From Batkoa obscura (taxonomy: Eukaryota): a stretch of 64,000 bases of DNA. The position numbers and the translations under genes are program-made. The notes beneath the pieces were generated by a model. That model had not been told where the DNA came from. It did no database searches and worked only from the letters and a program-made list of their open reading frames with translations. Shown here piece after piece: positions 50,187 through 63,820 of the stretch. The number at the start of each line of letters is the position of its first letter. Position 1 is the first letter of the stretch. The DNA lies in the NCBI GenBank assembly GCA_030770535.1, contig JASVEC010000011.1, forward strand, positions 682,001 through 746,000. Reading direction: 5' to 3'.

Positions 50187-51038
50187 TTTGGTCTTATTAT
50201 TAAGTAAATATCGATTAATGATAGAAATCAACTGATCGATTTCTCCTTGTTTATCAAAAAAATGACTTACACCTTCTAAAATAAATACTTGGTGATTAAT
50301 TTTAATTATTTCTTTAATTAAAATAGCGTCTTGATATTTGACTACTTTATCTTTCATACCGTGGATAGTAACCATCCCTTTAATATTAGGTTGGTTGTTT
50401 ATATTATTATAGATATCTAGATTAAATTTATCACGCCATAAGAAATCATTATTACTAATAAAAATTTTTCTATCTTTTGGCCCTATTTTCCATACTACTT
50501 CTTTCCCTTTGCCAATCTTTTCTAATTGTTCAGGTTCAAACCTAGCCATGCTTTTTTCCCTCAAGTCTACTCTTCCAGATATATTTATTATATAGGGAAC
50601 ATTTAAGTTACAATTCAAGTTTGAAGCTACTAATAAAGCTATCGAGCCACCTTTTGAGTGTCCAATTATTACCTCAACATTGAACTGGACACCTTGCCCT
50701 TTAGTCACAACCTGGATCCCGTCATTTTCAAAATTAAAGTTATTCTGTTCAAAATAACTTAACACTTGAATAACGTCCTGAACCTGTTGTTCATAATCAG
50801 AATAAGTACTTTTACCACTACTTAAACCATTACCAGTAAAATCAAACGTAAACGTATTGTAAACCTTGTCTAACCCCTGTTCAATCCCATTCACTACAAA
50901 GCTTTCTTTGTGATTTAACAGACCATGTAAAATGATACATAGCTTGTTTTCAACTCTATTAGCGCCTGTAGTTACCGCTAATTTGCCTACTAAGTGTCCC
51001 TCTCTTGAAGGTATTTCTAGTTCAAAGTGGCGAGACAT
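50181..51038 (-). CDS. Alpha/beta hydrolase
   Basis: ILHG, FDFTGNGLSSG, GHSKGG nucleophile elbow, IHGMKDKVV, GVSHFF. Confidence 0.9.
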   Translation of the reverse strand: MSRHFELEIPSREGHLVGKLAVTTGANRVENKLCIILHGLLNHKESFVVNGIEQGLDKVYNTFTFDFTGNGLSSGKSTYSDYEQQVQDVIQVLSYFEQNNFNFENDGIQVVTKGQGVQFNVEVIIGHSKGGSIALLVASNLNCNLNVPYIINISGRVDLREKSMARFEPEQLEKIGKGKEVVWKIGPKDRKIFISNNDFLWRDKFNLDIYNNINNQPNIKGMVTIHGMKDKVVKYQDAILIKEIIKINHQVFILEGVSHFFDKQGEIDQLISIINRYLLNNKTKL

Positions 51039-51380
51039 ACTTGATTTCAATTAAAAACTGTTTCTTTATTTTCGATAAAATAGACATAAATTCTGAAATA
51101 ATTTGTACTAAAATAATTATTCAATATTACATAATCTACTTATAAGCTGATATCAAAATAAATAATAATCCAAGCAGCTTTAATAAATCAAACATATTCA
51201 ATATGATAAATGTACACAAAATAAACCTTCAATTAATCACCAAATTTTTATTATAATTAAAATAAAGGAACAAAAAATACACAAAATATTGTTGAAATAA
51301 AATATTTGCTATCAAATACTAAATCGCACCTAAAAATGGCTACAAAAATAATTACGAAATACTAACAAAGCTGCTACTGT

Positions 51381-54300
51381 TTAAGTAAAGGAAGAGGATT
51401 TAGCTTGAGCAGGTAAAGAGACACGATTCCTCGAAGGCGAGGAAGACAGATCCTTATTATATTCTGAAAGTAGTGGGATATTCTTATAAACAAACGCATC
51501 GAAATCTGGCTCGATATTTTTTTGATTATATGATGCCGAGATAGCTCTTGGTCTTCCTTTTTTAAGGCTGGCATGTTTAGGTTGTGGTGTAAAAAGTCCA
51601 GATTCTCTATTAGGCTTTATGACCTTGATTTGAACCTCTTCTTTTTGTTGGCTATGCTTTTTGTTTCCCTTGCTTTCCCTGTCAGCCTCCCCACTCTCCA
51701 TCATTATATCTACATCAAAACCATTTTCATCTTCTAATTTTTGTATATCTGGCCTTTCATTCCTCATATCAAAATAACTTGTATCCAATAGGTCTTCTGG
51801 ACATGGTTTAAAGGGGGCCTCTGATTCTCTAATGGTATCAAAATCAAGTCCATTAAAGAAAGGATGTTCTTTAATCCTTTCTCCTTGCAACCTAGAATTA
51901 GGATCACTGTTTAGAAGACCTTTTATTAAATCTTCAGCCAACGGATCTTCGATTCCATCTTCTGGCCATTGGATATTATGATCAAGTATATTTTTAAAGA
52001 TAGCTTCTGGACTGCCGTCCATAAAAGGTGGATAAGCACATAAAAACTCAAAGAGACATACACCAAGTGCCCACCAGTCTACAGGAGTATGATGACCTAT
52101 GCCTAAAAGAAGTTCCGGTGCCAAATAATCTGGAGTACCTAAGACACCTGTTTCTATTGCATTACTAGAATTTGTAACTTCATCCGTTTTAGGGGAAGGT
52201 AAAGAAAAGCCAAATGGAGAATTCATTCCACTATGATTTCGTTTTGTTGGTTCATCTTTACTAACTGTTTGACTTCTTTCATTTTCTTTGACTACAATTC
52301 TAGAAAGCCCAAAATCAGTTAATTTAAGGTGACCATCACCATTTAATAATATATTATCCGGTTTGAGATCTCGATGAATCACTCCATTTTTATGGAGGTA
52401 ATTGAGTGCAAGCGCCGTTTCTGCTGTGTAAAACCGAGCCATTTCCATCGTTAACCCGCCCATTCCTGTAATCAAAGAGCTTAAATCACCACCAATAAGA
52501 TATTCTTGAACGAGGTAGAGATAATTTTTAGAATGAAAAGCATAAAAAAGGTTGACTACATATGGCATCTGGGCTAAAGACATAACTTTACGTTCTGTCA
52601 TTACTTCCCGTATCATATTTTTTCTTATCATATCGTCTTTTCTTATGACTTTAATAGCAAATAAGTCTTGGGTAGCTTTTTTACGTGATAGATATACTTT
52701 TCCAAAAGCGCCTCTAGAGATAGGTTTAATAATCTCAAAATCATTGATTTGAGGTATTTTTCCACGTTTACTACTATTGTTCGAATCACTTGACTTAGAA
52801 CTGGTTGGGGAACTTTTATTTTTCCTAAGGCTGTTTTTTAACATTCCAGAAAGTAAAGATATTAATTTTTGTGACATTGGTGAATCTTCTGAGCTTGTAG
52901 AACTTGTGTTACTATTCGAGCGATAGAGTTTATTCATATGGCGCAATTTTGATTCTGATACTTCTTTTGATCTACCGCGACTAAAATAATTCGTATTTAA
53001 AGTGGGTGAAGAAGGAATAGAAATAGAATCTTTATTTAAGTGTCTTAATTTTTCCAAATAATTATCCACAACGGACTTTAAAGAATTACTAACTTCCAAT
53101 GCTTGCTTAGCGTAATTCTTAACAAAGTTCAAATCTTTTGAAAAATACATAATCTCCTTTAGTTTCTTTTTGATCCAATTTTCTTCATCGATTATCTTTT
53201 CCATACAAAGTCCTAAAAGATCACTCGATTCCTTTTCTAACGTTTTGATATGTTTTATAAACTTTTTAACGATTGTTGCACCTTCTTGATTTAATTTTTT
53301 TTCGTTTAGTGCTTCATTAAGCTCGCTTAAAATAACTCCGTATTCATTATGAATTTCATGAAACTTCATCTCATGTAGCTGTGTGATAGCACATTCCTCA
53401 GAATGATGCTCAAAATCATGTTTATATACCGTTTCATCACAGATGCGACATACAATAGATTCAGTACTGTCGTCAGTTAAATCATTCTGTGATGTAGAAA
53501 AAGGCCAACCTTTAAATAAGCTAACATCTCCGGATTTTGTACGATTATGAAGTTGTAATGAACTCTCTTTATCGCGTTTTTTACTTCGAATCGGAAGAGT
53601 AGAGCTACCTTTTAGTTTACTTTTATCAATAATCGATTTAAACCCAAAGTTATCCATTAGGTTTCCAATACTGTTTTTACGTTGTGGGGGGCTCATAGTC
53701 TCAGTTTTTTTAATATTCATTTCTTTTTTGTCAGGCTTATTTAATTGAACTGAAAGTCGCCTTAAGAAGTTTGGTCTAGGTTTTGAGTTAATTGAAAATA
53801 TCGAGGGTCTTCTTAAATTCTTAGCTTTTTCTTCACTCTCAGTATAATTCGAAGAGTCGTATGATTTACTCGCCACCATCATATTTGAACTAATTGACCG
53901 TTTTACTTCATCTTTGAGTGGACTTATAGGTTCACTTACTATCCCAGAACACTCCTCAAACTGTGGTTTTGGTAAATTTAACCCCGATTGAATAAATGAA
54001 GTTGAATGCCTTAAAGGGGATGGTGAAATAGGTTGAGATAACAAATATTGATTTTCATAGTGTTTTATTTCCATCTCTTTTTTGTTATAATCATTCTATA
54101 ATTTTTAATAATTGAATTAGAAAATATAAAAATACATACTATATATTCAGACAACCTACAGCATGGCGAAAACTCAAAAACTAACTTAGACAATAAATCT
54201 TCAGCTTCTGCATTACCAACAGTCATTTTTCTTAACTTTTGTAACAGCAATCGGAACTCTTTCATAATATCTTGACAAACGGTGCTGTTAACCATCATCT

Positions 54301-56010
54301 CAACTGTAGTTGTTAAAATCCTTTCTGCCAAAGTTTCTATTTTAAATAATGATATTGTATCTAAAGATGCTAAATAAAGTTTTAACTATTAACTTTTGAA
54401 CTTTAATTGTATTACCCAAATACGAAGGAGGCCAGCTGTTTGAATGTAGTCTTAAAAAATGGGCGTTTTTTGAATGGCCATCTCGAGTTGAAACCTTTTT
54501 TACTTTAGGTAAATTAATCGGTTTAGAGCTAATAAGCAATTGTTTAACATTTAACAAAATATTAAGTTGTAATACTTACCTATAAGGTGAAATAGGTTCA
54601 AAAATTTCATGCTGATTGCTTTCTTCAGATTGCTCATGCTTGATATGCCAATCGCTTATAGTCTGTCTAATTCCTTTATCTGCTAAAATCTTTTCGATCC
54701 TAAGTTCCTCAATAAGCTGTTCTTTAAAGTGGCCAAGGCTCAAGGGGTTTATTCCGGGGTCTAAAGAACTAACTTGTTCTCCAAACCCAAAGTCTGGAAA
54801 CAGCTCCAGATTAACTCCTTGATCAAACGGTACTTCGCTGGCAGAAAGATAAGAACTATCTTTCTGCTCATTTTCTTCGATATCAATTGATTTTTTTCCT
54901 TGGTGATAAGATACCAATGGGTTTGGTGCAGTAATCAATGAACCTGATCTTCCCAAGGTTACGGCAATCGAGTTACTTCTCTTTCTAATCATTGGAACCG
55001 ATACACATAAATTCTTATAATCATGGTTTACAAGGCAACTTTTGTTGTCTTGAGCGAATGGCAAATTATTCAATTGACTAGATGGACTGGTTTCTGGACT
55101 TGTATAAATAGTTGAGAAATAAGGAGTGTTTAAAGAATGAGGAGAGTGGAATAGAGAATCATCAGTATTTGTTGAATCGATTGATGATGAGAGGTAGTAG
55201 TCGCTTTGCAATTTACTATCATAGTCGCTTACATTAGCTCTAGAGTTGCAAGAGCTAGGCGAGAGATCTCTTTGTGGCAGCATAGCCCCACGTTTTTTCG
55301 CTAGATTTGATAAGCTTTGTACAGCTAAGTTTGATAACCCATCATTACTTCTTCGTAATCTGTTTATTCTATCATCAGAGCAACTAGATATCTTTTTATT
55401 GTTGTTAGAGCCATCATTTGAAACTTCATATAATCCTTGAATCTGATAGCTTTGGAAAGGATCCTCTTTATTATCTGATCCTGTACTGTTTTCTGATAAA
55501 GATGGTAGGTCTTGTAAAGGAGATACCTTTAATGATGTGCTATTAGCGGAATTAGGGGTACGGAAACCACCGTACATTGAATGAGATCTTTCAAGTTGGT
55601 AGGGTGAGGTAGTACAAGGAGATAGATTGGGAGATTCTAAGGCATCTCTAAATGAGTTCTTTTTTCCTAGCTGAGATATTTTTTTATCTGATCCTATATT
55701 GTCTACTGAAGTTGATTTTAGAGTCGAAATGGTCAATGCATCTAAGGAAGACATTGTTCTTCTTTGAAACCAATTTCCTACATGCGCTAAAGGGTGTTCA
55801 CCATCTAAAATAATATTAACATAAGTTAAAGTTAAAGTATATTGAGATACCATTTGATTTATTTGTGCTTTTTATTGGTAGTGGAGGCGTTGGTGGGGGT
55901 CTTTGAATATTCAAAGTATCAAATTGAGAGGGTGAATTTGAAGGTAAAGAACTTAAATCTATGTCATCTTTTGAAGAATTCTGTTGAGAATTGATTGGTG
56001 CAGGCAGCAT
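51381..56010 (-). CDS. AGC Ser/Thr kinase of the Rim15/Cek1/Greatwall/IRE group, multi-exon
   Basis: C2HC finger CRICDE...HSEEC, IKPISRGAFGKV, HRDLKPDN, DFGLS, GTPDYLAPE; upstream ORFs joined by GT-AG introns. Confidence 0.9.
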
Positions 56011-58588
56011 ATTTTAACAATACTACTATTGTTAAGTCAAAAAGGTGGATATTTGTTATTGGAATTGAAGAATAATTTTAATAAGTCAATATACAATCTA
56101 GTTTGATGTTATTTTAAATAAGAAAGATTTATTTTTTGTGTTAACCTTTAAATTTGAAACTCTTTCCTGCATTCACTTGAATTTTCAATCTTTTTTGATA
56201 TGCAGAAATAGCTAAATTTGTACGTGACTGTGGTATTATTGATAAATTCCTACTAATATTTGAAATAAACATGTTTTAAAATAGATCGAACTTCATTGGC
56301 TAAAGTTATTATGGCTATGTGTACTTTAATTATCTTTTTGGTTAATTTTAATAACAATAAATATCAAAAATATCAACCTCAAATTATCGATTTTATATTC
56401 ATAATTATGATCTTTATATAGTTATATAATAGATCTTGTGTATCTTATTGTTGTCAAATTACATATAGTCATTTAAGTAACTTTAGATCATTAAATTTCA
56501 TTTTTTTTATCTATATTTTTTATTTGATTTCATCTTTTTGATTTTTTTCCCGTATAATTTATAGGTGTGGGAATAAAAATGATTTAGGTGAAATCACTAA
56601 TTTTAAAATATCTTATTGTCAAATCATTTCATTATGTGACTATTTTTAATTCCAACTTTTGTTGCTTAAATTATATTTAGGATTTAACTTATTGGTTTAA
56701 CTAAGAATATGATTATAAAGAGTGCTAATTTCTGATTCAATTTATTGTTATTGACCCTTAAAATAACACGTTTTAATGTCTAAAACATTCTATTTATTTA
56801 AAACATATAATCTCTAAATACAATATATATATAATTAAAGTTGATATTTGATAAGTAAAAGCTCGAATTAGATAACACTAGAGGAATTTAAGTTATTTAA
56901 AGTTAAATTTGTTAGAAACTATTTTGCTACTTTAATTATGCAACTTAAAACAAGTTTAAATTAACAAAAGATACCATAGTTGCAGCTCTATTGCGACTTA
57001 ATTAGCGCTAATTTTTAAATTTAATTATTTGCTTGGTGGCTTTTTAACGTCCAATTTAAATTTAACAAAATTTTACCCTCGAATGAATAGTTAATTAAGC
57101 TGCAATAGAGTTGGGATAGGTGTATTCAGGTACAGGTAAAATTTGATACTATTTGTCGTAAAAATAACTTTGAATACAAATTTATTTCTACCCAACTTTT
57201 ATGTACAATTTTTTACCTACAAAAAGCACCATAAAGCTTTTGCTCTAAATCGCATGTTAAATCGCCTAATTCCTGCACAATTTGTAAACACTTCTTATCT
57301 GTATATGTCATAAAAGTTAGTGTAAACTCATCGTTTCCATATTTTGATTTTTTCTGTTTGTCCAAAATAAGGCCATAAATACTTTTAGATATGTTGTGCA
57401 TCTAATCTCCTATTCTATTATTGTACTAAATACTAATATCTATGATCTTTTTATGTTGATGGCTACCTTATTGTGAAACACACACAAATTTGCAAAATAA
57501 ACACCATCCTCTATTTTTGAATTTTAAGGATTCATCCCATAACTCATTGCACACAGCAGATTTGAATTAAAATTAACTTTAATTGCAGATTACTTTATTT
57601 AATTTTTATACTCCTTTAAAGCCGGAAAATAAAATAACATTTTAAAATGTAATTTTGTGTTTATAATACTTAATTTATAAAGTAATATAAAGTATATTAT
57701 ATTTTATAAACTCCGTTTTACACTTTTATTTTGAACACAAAATCTATTAAAATAGCCTTTGTTAAATATAAAATCCATTAAAATATGCTATAAAGTTATT
57801 TTACATTATTTTTAAATTTTAACTTAATTTTAAATCTTTACTTTAAATACTTATCATAAGTATAATTACAATCAGTTGTGAGATTTCTTATAACAAATTA
57901 GCTAAGACTTATAATATAATACAATTTAATCATATTTATTGAAATAAATTTATATTATTTTATAAAATATCGATTAGTTTAAAAATTTTATTATGACATC
58001 ACTGTGTAAAAAAATAATGATAAATAACTCCTAAATAATTTGAAGATATAGTAAATCTATAATACTAAAATCAAATAGCTTAGAACTAAAAAAAACAATA
58101 TTTACACTAATAAATATAGTTTTAGAGTACTATTAAACAAATAAGGTGTGTTTTTGGCATTTTGTTTAATTTTCTAACATAAAATTTAAAAAGATAGCGA
58201 GCAAATGATAAAAAAACGAATAATTTTTGTTTACTTTCCAAAACACTTTTTTATAATTCTTTAAAATACAAATGGTATATTATTGAAAGTTTTTATCAAG
58301 CAAAGATCAATAAGAATAACTACTTTTCATATTTGACTTCTATACTTACATCCCATAGTAAAAAAGCCATATAAAGAAAATACCAATCTCAATATAAATA
58401 GAACCGTTTAATAATATTAAAATGAATTAGTATAGTTTTAATGATACGATTTTATTTTATAATAGACCCTTAATTATAACCCAAAATAGATTGTTTTAAT
58501 TGACTGAAATAAAAGATTGAAAAAGCGAGGTACTAAGTTGCTAAATAGTGGGTAATTCTAAAGGAAATTAATAATTCAAATCTACTAA

Positions 58589-60241
58589 ATGGATGATTGG
58601 CTGGAGATTAAATTCGAAAATTTATTTAAAGGAGAACTGGGGAGAAAAAGTCGAAGATTTAGAATGATTGGAATTGGGGATATCAAAGAGATAAGACGAT
58701 ATGATGATGAAGAAGTGGAAGAGATGGTACAGTTAGTCGAGAAGTATATTCCAAAGATGATTGATTTTATGCGCGAAGGGAAGGAGGGTGGTGGTAAAGT
58801 AATAATTAATGAAAGCAAAAAAGAGTTATATGAGATCTTAGATTTGAAGATTGAAGATAAAAAGATAGGATCCAAAGAGTTAGAGGTGCTCATAGAGAAA
58901 TTATTCAAGTATTCTATCAACCCATACAACGCCAAATTTTGTGATAAACTATATTCCGGAAGTAACCCAATTGGGATATTATCCGAATGGTTATTAACTT
59001 TTTTAAACGCTAATAGTCATGTGTATCATGTATCCCCAGTATTAACTCAGATAGAATTATTTACTTCAAGAGAGTTGGCTAAGTTGTATGGATTTAATGA
59101 TAAGTTCTCGGGTGGCTTAACATTCCCCGGAGGTTCTACTTCTAATTTGATGGCTTTAGTAACCTGTCGTAACTTATGGTATCCTCATATTAAATTTAAT
59201 GGATATACAGAGAAAGATAAGTTGTCTATTTTTACATCGGACAAATCTCATTACTCTATACAAAAATCAGCAATGAGTATAGGAATAGGACTAAATAGAG
59301 TATATAAAGTGAAGACCAAAATAGAAGGCACTATAGATATTGAAGACCTGATAAATAAGATTGAACATTCTATTAGTTTAGGGGAAACACCTTTATTTTT
59401 AAATATTACTGCAGGTACTACAGTACAGGGATTTTTTGAAAACATAATAGAGTTATGCAAAGTAGCAAAAAAATATCAATTATGGGCTCATTTAGATGCT
59501 AGCTGGGGAGGTCCAGTTATATTTTCTGAGAAATATAAACATTTATTAAACGGTAGTGAAATGGTTGACTCTATTACTATGAATCCCCATAAGTTGTTGG
59601 GGGTCCCTTTACAATGTTCTTTTTTATTACTTAAAGATAGAACTCAGTTTGTAAAGGCAAACTCTTTAGATGCGGATTATTTATTCCACAATTCGAGCCT
59701 TAAAGAAAACGATGATGATTTGGACTGGCTAGAGCATCAACCCGATTTAGGACAGGGTACTATTGCTTGTGGACGTAAACCAGATGCTTTTAAGATGTAT
59801 TTAGCTTGGAAATATTATGGAAAGATTGAATTTGAAAATAGAGTTAATGTTGCGTTTGATAATATCTATTATTTAAAACAAAAAGTTTTAAACCATCCCA
59901 GGTTTCAGTTAGCGTTTAACCCAAATTCTGTCAATTGCTGCTTTTGGTATATCCCATTATCTTATACCAAACAATTTGCTTATTTGAGTGAGGATAACCT
60001 AACCTCGAATGAAGTGATTCCTAAAGCATACGGTGCTGCTACTATTAATATTCATAAAAAATTGAGAGAAAATGGGGAGTTTATGATAGATTATAGTCCT
60101 TTAGATATTAACACTAATGATGGTTTGATAACCTTACCCCCTTTCTTTAGAATGGTAAGCCATAATCCTAGTCTTAACCCCAATCATATGGATCAATTAA
60201 TTGAACTAATGTTACATTATGCAAATGATTTAAAGTTATAA
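58589..60241 (+). CDS. Group II PLP-dependent decarboxylase (GAD/CSAD/aspartate decarboxylase-like)
   Basis: PGGS.SN, SHYSIQK, TAGTTVQG, WAHLDASWGG, NPHK (PLP lysine), CGRKPDAFK. Confidence 0.92.
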   Translation: MDDWLEIKFENLFKGELGRKSRRFRMIGIGDIKEIRRYDDEEVEEMVQLVEKYIPKMIDFMREGKEGGGKVIINESKKELYEILDLKIEDKKIGSKELEVLIEKLFKYSINPYNAKFCDKLYSGSNPIGILSEWLLTFLNANSHVYHVSPVLTQIELFTSRELAKLYGFNDKFSGGLTFPGGSTSNLMALVTCRNLWYPHIKFNGYTEKDKLSIFTSDKSHYSIQKSAMSIGIGLNRVYKVKTKIEGTIDIEDLINKIEHSISLGETPLFLNITAGTTVQGFFENIIELCKVAKKYQLWAHLDASWGGPVIFSEKYKHLLNGSEMVDSITMNPHKLLGVPLQCSFLLLKDRTQFVKANSLDADYLFHNSSLKENDDDLDWLEHQPDLGQGTIACGRKPDAFKMYLAWKYYGKIEFENRVNVAFDNIYYLKQKVLNHPRFQLAFNPNSVNCCFWYIPLSYTKQFAYLSEDNLTSNEVIPKAYGAATINIHKKLRENGEFMIDYSPLDINTNDGLITLPPFFRMVSHNPSLNPNHMDQLIELMLHYANDLKL

Positions 60242-61148
60242 AATAAAATAATACATATAAAGTTTAACGTTATTTATTCAATTTTAATGAGATTCAAATT
60301 ATACACGACATAGAAACCTATAAATATATATGTTAATATTTTGTTTAGATATACTTTTTTAACAGTTAATTATAAAACTTCAGAATAAAATTAGCATCAA
60401 TAAATCAAACTATTATGTTTTAGAAGAAGAATAGAATGACCTGCCCAAAAAGGACTTCAGTGCTTGACTCTATTAAATATCTCATCATATTCTGTTTAGA
60501 CCTGAAATTTATGGATTCACTTACATTACAAAATTAACAATATTGTGTATTGGCCATTGACGATTTGCTTTTATACTGTTGTTTTGGTCTAAAATTTCGA
60601 GTTGTAGGGTGCAAATTTTTTTAATTGGTTGATTTTGAAATTTTTCTCATTAATGGATTGGAAGTTATGGGAAGTTTAATTTATTAGTTGAGTAGAACAG
60701 TTTAATGTCATTATTTGAATAATGGATAATACAAAATGAAAAATCATTAATTTTCAATACTGATTAGTTATTGTATTACTATATTGATTTAAGGTCTACT
60801 TATTTATAGGACTTTAGTTGTGCATTTATATGAAGTTTAATTTATTAATAAAGATAGCTAAAATGATCTTTACATTAATAAGTTTTAAAGTAGTTTGCTA
60901 AAGCTACAAGTTTTAAAGAAAGTTACTGAATAAGGATATCTAAAGTACTATTTAAATAAATTATTATAACAGTTTACTATATTTTAAAAATAATATTCTT
61001 TACAAAATATACTTTGAACAATACTAATAAATGATTTCAAAGGTTATTTTTTTAGCTATTTGCTATTTGTGACCATTTTAATGATGCAAAAAAAACAAGA
61101 TAACAAAGTTCTAAACTTAAAAGTCAAAGTTTTTAAAGATTTAACTTA

Positions 61149-62329
61149 ATGAATTATAAAGAATTAATATTAAAGCAGTATACATATTTAGAGACAAAAA
61201 AAGATATTCAAATAGAACGTAAAAAAGTTAATGAAGTAGCAGATATCAGTAGCCTTGGAGCGAATTTAACCTTTGACTATGGTATTGAAACAAAAGCAAA
61301 GGGTAACTTTTTTAACATACTTTTTATATAAAATTAAATTCTTATTAAAAGAATAGTGTATTTAAAATGGACATTTATAAAACAGTTACAGGATTACGCT
61401 TTAATACCAGAGCTAATAATTGAACCAAGCTATGCACCATATAATATAACGAAAGACGAAAAGTTTTTAAATGAATTTCAATTAAGCAAATTATGGTTGC
61501 AAGAAGGTAATAACTTAAGGATAGAAGGGCTGTATAAAGTGATAAAAACGTTAAAGGAGTATTTTAAGCTCCATTTGCAAAAAAATGTCTTATCTAAGGG
61601 TTATGAAAGAGTCCAATATGAGCTTGAAAACTGGAAACATGAAGAAATATTAGAGTTTCAATATATGGACTTAAAGGATAAACAGCGTTTAAGTTTATGC
61701 ACGTTTTTAAAATTCAAGCTGGAAGAAAGCTTAAGTAATGATATCCTAGACCAAGTTGATGTACAGGCAAAAGTTACTTTTATATATAAAGACTTAAATT
61801 TAGTTGACATTCAATCACATCTATTATTGTCACCAGAAGCTATGGTTTTAAACGACCATATTATACTTCATAATATGTTGCCAAATCAAACATTCTCAAA
61901 ATATGTTACTCAGTTTCAACAGTATTTAAAAGGCAAGATTGAAAAAAGTTTTCTACCTAGCTTGGAAATCAAACGTCAACTTATAGCCATGCTAAAAAAT
62001 AAATATGAAGGGTAAGCTTATTATCATTTTTAGTTGTTTAGTTTTTATTAACTAATTTAAATAGCCAAGTTGATGTATACGATTATCAAAGCATTTGTTT
62101 TAATGTTAAGGTTGAAAATAAAATGGAAACAGAAAGTTTCAAAGTAAATATAAACTTAAATCAAAATTATCCAAAGCAAGGATTAACGTTAAGTATTGAA
62201 TCGGAGCCCAATGTTTTACTTCAACCTCAACCTAAGTCTGAAGATACTATTGATTCTTTTCTATTAAGAGTCTTAGATTTAATCGAACAATATATTTTAG
62301 CAAAAATGTCTCAACATTTATACAAATAA
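61149..62329 (+). CDS. BRE/BABAM2 (BRCC45)-like tandem UEV protein, 3 exons
   Basis: Colinear motifs recalled from BRE: LKW, LYKVIKTL, RVQYE, LLLSP, YVTQ....L..K, KRQLIA, VYD, FKVNINL...YP...TL...S. Confidence 0.6.
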
Positions 62330-62387
62330 ATAAAATAATTTCAAAAATAATATACTTTATTTTATTTTATTCTTAACTGTTAACAAT

Positions 62388-63764
62388 TTAAGCACTAGTT
62401 TTAAGTTTTAATAAAAGTTGATATTCTTAAAATTAAATTTACCTTTCTCTTTCTAAAAACCCAACTTGAGTTTTAGAATTGATAGCTTCTTCAGCTCTAG
62501 TTTTAAGTTGATTTAAAGCTTCAAGGTTAGGGCCAACCTTTTCGAACACGAGCTCTAACTTAGCTAATTGTTCTTCAGCTTGGGCAGGGGTTGGAGTTTC
62601 AGGTAAGAAATGATTAGCTTTCTAAAAAAAATAAATCAATTGTTGGGCAAACCATCTTAATATAAAACTTACTTCCGAAAGTTCTCTAATAGCCTTCTTA
62701 ACTTTACGGATAGCTTTCTTTAAAGCTTCTTTATCCTTCTTTTCTTTAGCTGCTTTTTCTTTGGATTCAGCAATCACTTTTTCTTTAGCTTTCCTTTCTT
62801 CTTCTTCTTGTTTAGCCTTAGCTTCTAAAGCTGCCTTTTCAGCTTGAGCTTTAGTTGGCTTCTTTTTAGCAGCACGTTTATCCTTATCTTCTTGTTTAAA
62901 CTTGATAATACGAGGGTCAAGAGAGATAGCAGTATCAATTAATTTGAGGAATCTTTGACCATCTTCTTTCTTACGTTGAGCTCTTTCTTTTTTATTCTTT
63001 TGTTCAATGTATCTCTTGTTATCACGGTTATCACCATCAGCATCCTCTTTATCAAGATATTCAAATGAACGCCATGATTCCATGTTATAAAAAAAGTCAT
63101 AGAAGGCTTCTACTTGGTCACGAGGACTGTCGATATCACCTAATTCAGGTACTGGTTGTTTTTTGCTGAAACGTCCTTCTCTTTCGAAAACTGGGGTCCA
63201 AAGCTCAAAGAAGTCACCCTTGGTTTTAGAAGTTGGGAAGGTATCTGGATAAAACTCATCTACAGAGTCATATTGGCGTCTCTTTTCTTTATTCGTGAGG
63301 ATCTCATAAGCCTTTTGAATACATTTGAAAACACGATCATCATTAGTGTTACCGGAAGCAGCTTTCTTATCTGGGTGATGACGAAGAACTTTTTTATGGA
63401 AAGCTCTCTTGATTTGGTCGTCAGTGGCTTTATAACGGTATTTAGAAAGACCTAACAATTGGTAATGGTCTTGAGATTTCCAGTCTCTTGGGTCTAAGTT
63501 TTTCATATCGGCTGGTTCTTCTTCATCTTCAGAAAGATCTTCGTCATCACCTTGATCATTTCCATAGATTTCTTGTTGGATCTTTTCATCTTCAGAAAAA
63601 GTACGTTTGTGGAAACGACGACGGACAAAAGCTTGGAATTTAGGGCCAATTAATTCTAAGTTGCGTTGTTCAGTTTTGGTTAATCCATCTTTGATGCTAC
63701 CAGGTGTGGCGGCATTGAATGAAGCTGGTACTTTTGCTAATTTTAATGATAAGACGGTTGCCAT
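62388..63764 (-). CDS. ZUO1: Zuotin, ribosome-associated J-protein, 3 exons
   Basis: RTFSEDE, DWKSQDHY, HHPDKK, FKCIQKAYEIL, SWRSFEYLD, DPRI. Confidence 0.97.
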
Positions 63765-63820
63765 TTTTTGATCAAAATCTCAAAGAAAAAAATAATTTAG
63801 ATTGCAGATAAATTAATAAA

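Noticed and set aside
7440..63455. Short ORFs overlapping real genes (e.g. 7440-7790, 8895-9535, 18487-18678, 47717-48022, 58585-58935, 63156-63455)
   Set aside because: Antisense or off-frame shadows of well-supported genes with no motifs of their own
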